Source: a virus
Lineage: Duplodnaviria; Caudoviricetes
IMG/VR virus record: IMGVR_UViG_3300033069_000592
Coordinates: 400-64,399 of that record
Reading direction: 5' to 3' (one strand)
DNA length: 64,000 bases
Part shown: piece after piece, positions 62,077 through 64,000 of the stretch
Position numbering within the stretch: position 1 is the first letter of the stretch
Layout of the letters: every line of letters starts with the position of its first letter
Translations under genes and position numbers: made by a program
Notes under the pieces: model-generated
Databases searched by the model: none
Seen by the model: only the letters and a program-made list of their open reading frames with translations
What the model was told of the DNA's origin: nothing

Positions 62077-62888
62077 ACGGGGATCACGTTCCGGTAGGGT
62101 TGCAGCATTCCACGGATGGAGTCGTTCATATCCTGACGGCTGTAGGAGATAGTTTCCTGACCGCCGAGGGTCTTCGACAGCTGACCAATGCGCTCCTTGC
62201 GGCGATACCACTCACCGATGAGTTCGGTCACGCCTTGGGAAACGTCCCAGGGAGCATAGGAGTAAGACATGATTGCGGTCTTGCTGGCGTCAGCGGCGGC
62301 AAAGGAATAGACGCCCCATTCATCCACCGCATACTCACCGGTCGCGGGATCGCCCGTCACCAGCGTGGCAGCATTGCCGTCAATCGTCACCCCAAGGTCA
62401 GCGGTCCACTGACCGCCGGCGACGGGAGTAAGCGTTACCACGGTCGGAAGTGGGTTACCCGCCGCTGCGGGGATAAGCGAAGCCTGAGACGTCTCGAAGC
62501 CCGCGCGATAGATAACCTGGCAAGAGGTGCGAAACTCAAACTGGTAGCCGTGAAGCTCGACAGCCTGGGGAGCAGAACGAGGATCGTTGAGGGTGTAGCC
62601 GTCGGTCGGCTTGCCCCCCGTCCCAAAGGTGGAAGCGGGAATAATCTTGCCGTTGATGCCCACAGAAGACACGGAGATAACCGGCCAGTTGCGCAGCAGC
62701 TCGGACGTCTTCCCATTGCCATAGAAGTTCTGGGTGTAGTCCTGGGCCGCGAGACTGTCGCGGTTCATGTAGTTCAAGGCGAACTGAGAGGCTGACTCAA
62801 TCACGCGGATAAGCTGAGCATCGCTCGCGTCCGTCGTAATCCCAAGCCAGTCCTTGACCGCCTGAAGAGTAGTCAGCCTCTCAGTCAT
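62073..62888 (-). CDS. Head-tail adaptor with inserted beta domain
   Basis: LTTLQAVKDWLG...D..L..VI..AS; VIYRAGF; ELIGEWYRRKERIG...L.PYR. Confidence 0.85.
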   Translation of the reverse strand: MTERLTTLQAVKDWLGITTDASDAQLIRVIESASQFALNYMNRDSLAAQDYTQNFYGNGKTSELLRNWPVISVSSVGINGKIIPASTFGTGGKPTDGYTLNDPRSAPQAVELHGYQFEFRTSCQVIYRAGFETSQASLIPAAAGNPLPTVVTLTPVAGGQWTADLGVTIDGNAATLVTGDPATGEYAVDEWGVYSFAAADASKTAIMSYSYAPWDVSQGVTELIGEWYRRKERIGQLSKTLGGQETISYSRQDMNDSIRGMLQPYRNVIPV

Positions 62889-62893
62889 TGCCC

Positions 62894-63184
62894 TTATTCC
62901 TCGATCAGACGGCGAGCTTCAGCGCGAAGCTGCTTCTTGGTCATGCCGTCAGTGTCACCGCCACGTTCTTCGATGAACTGGATCAGTTCTTCCTTGTCCA
63001 TGGCGTCCACGTCGATGTCCTCTTCCTCGACGGGATCGAAGTGCTCGGTAAAGCCGTGACGGGTAAGCGTCGAAACGTGGGCTTCATTCACCACGGTGAT
63101 AAGGCCGTCCTCGACCTCATAAGCGTGGCCTTCGATGTTGGCGGAAGTGGTCCCCTTGGGGGCCTTCATTCGGATCTTGGTCAT
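62894..63184 (-). CDS. Small acidic virion-associated protein with C-terminal helical motif
   Basis: MDKEELIQFIEERG...MTKKQLR; between capsid and adaptor genes. Confidence 0.7.
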   Translation of the reverse strand: MTKIRMKAPKGTTSANIEGHAYEVEDGLITVVNEAHVSTLTRHGFTEHFDPVEEEDIDVDAMDKEELIQFIEERGGDTDGMTKKQLRAEARRLIEE

Positions 63185-63218
63185 TGCATTGTCCCTCGCG
63201 CAAGAGATACTAGAAGGA

Positions 63219-63250
63219 ATGGGTGAGAGCCCTGCGCGAGACTCCCACCC
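63219..63250 (-). terminator. Hairpin after the capsid gene (weak terminator)
   Basis: GGGTGGGAGTC...GCTCTCACCC followed by ATTCCTTCT. Confidence 0.4.
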
Positions 63251-63267
63251 ACCCTTGCGACTCGGCT

Positions 63268-64000
63268 TTAGCCGATGTTGCAGATCACGCCCATGGCGGG
63301 CGGGAAGTAGTGCTGGAGCACTTCATCCGCGTAGACGCCATATTCGTACTTGCGGGTCCTCAGCGGCCACTCGATCTGGTAGTATTCCTGACGAGTGCGA
63401 ACCTGGCGGACATTGCCCACACCCGAGACCGGGTAAGGGATGCGCGACGAGTCGAAGAAGACCATGCCCGCCGGCATGTTCGGATGGATGCGAACCTTCA
63501 GAATGTTGGCGCCCGACATCGAGAACCGGTTCAGGTAGGTCGCAACCATGACGCCGCCCATCATCGCGCCCTGCTCGGGGCTGATGACGATACGATAGGC
63601 GCCGTTCGCGTTGCCCTGCAGGATCTTCTGCGAGATGGACAGCGCGAGGTCGGAGCTCACCCACATGGTGTCCGGCGACAGCTTGTAGTTGTCCCAGAAC
63701 GCCTTGAGGGCAGCGTCGACTTCGACGATACCGCCCGCGCCGTCAGCGGTCAGAGCCACACCATCGAGCGATTTGTAGTAGGCATTGCTGCCCGAACGCA
63801 TCGCCTGGGTGAGGAGGCCGTCGAAGACGAGGTTGTTGGTCGAGTTGTCGGCCGAAGGCAGGGTGCTGTAGGCCTGGGTACCGGCACCCGCGTCGGTGGT
63901 CAGCACCGTAGTGTTGACCGTGGTGATCGCACCCAGCGTGGAAGCAGCAGCCGAGGCACCCCAGAACCAGGCATAGGCGACAGCGCCACGGACGGCAGCA
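63268..64000 (-). CDS. Major capsid protein, C-terminal part (open to window end)
   Basis: Frame open from 63999: AAVRGAVAYAWFWG...FDGLLTQA...YYQIEWPLRTRKYEYGVYADEVL; same gene as 1-380. Confidence 0.88.
   Translation of the reverse strand, partial: AAVRGAVAYAWFWGASAAASTLGAITTVNTTVLTTDAGAGTQAYSTLPSADNSTNNLVFDGLLTQAMRSGSNAYYKSLDGVALTADGAGGIVEVDAALKAFWDNYKLSPDTMWVSSDLALSISQKILQGNANGAYRIVISPEQGAMMGGVMVATYLNRFSMSGANILKVRIHPNMPAGMVFFDSSRIPYPVSGVGNVRQVRTRQEYYQIEWPLRTRKYEYGVYADEVLQHYFPPAMGVICNIG

Noticed and set aside
1-64000. Joining position 1 directly to 64000 keeps the capsid frame (…YKGIG-AAVRG…), suggesting an exactly closed 64,000-bp circle
   Set aside because: An in-frame join has a one-in-three chance. 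The joined protein appears to lack the central part expected of a capsid protein, and a round 64,000-bp window is more likely a cut. Some sequence is probably missing.

Overview
The window is almost the whole genome (slightly over 64 kb, circularly permuted) of a tailed dsDNA siphophage. It opens inside the major capsid gene, whose 5' part is at 1-380 and 3' part at 63268-64000, both on the minus strand. No integrase, repressor/excisionase module, tRNA or CRISPR array was seen, so a lytic lifestyle is likely. A GTA-like tail tip and a CtrA-like DNA-binding domain point to an alphaproteobacterial host (inference). Layout: (i) a minus-strand morphogenesis operon from terS (6025) through portal, protease and capsid, wrapping round to tail genes, endolysin and a holin candidate (45228); (ii) an early region of small genes at 6.1-28.4 kb driven by many sigma70-type promoters, with ligase, ThyX and MazG-like genes; (iii) an unusual, largely non-coding hub at 16.7-19.1 kb; (iv) a primase-helicase gene divergent from a plus-strand operon encoding a kinase, a MazG-like pyrophosphatase, two tandem thymidylate-synthase-fold proteins, dCMP deaminase, UDG-like/PolA, exonuclease, AAA ATPase, SSB-like protein, VRR-NUC and SNF2 helicase, followed by a receiver-less CtrA-like regulator, spanins and a J-domain protein. 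Most striking: a probable cytosine-modification pathway with two TS-fold paralogues that both carry the dCMP-type Asp; a ~530-bp island holding a complete gene, promoter and terminator that almost totally avoids CC/CT/GG/AG dinucleotides; a conserved, covarying hairpin at the predicted +1 of about nine early transcripts; a five-member family of small DNA-binding domains; and a TTAACCAT array. All family assignments come from motif recognition by eye; no database search was run.
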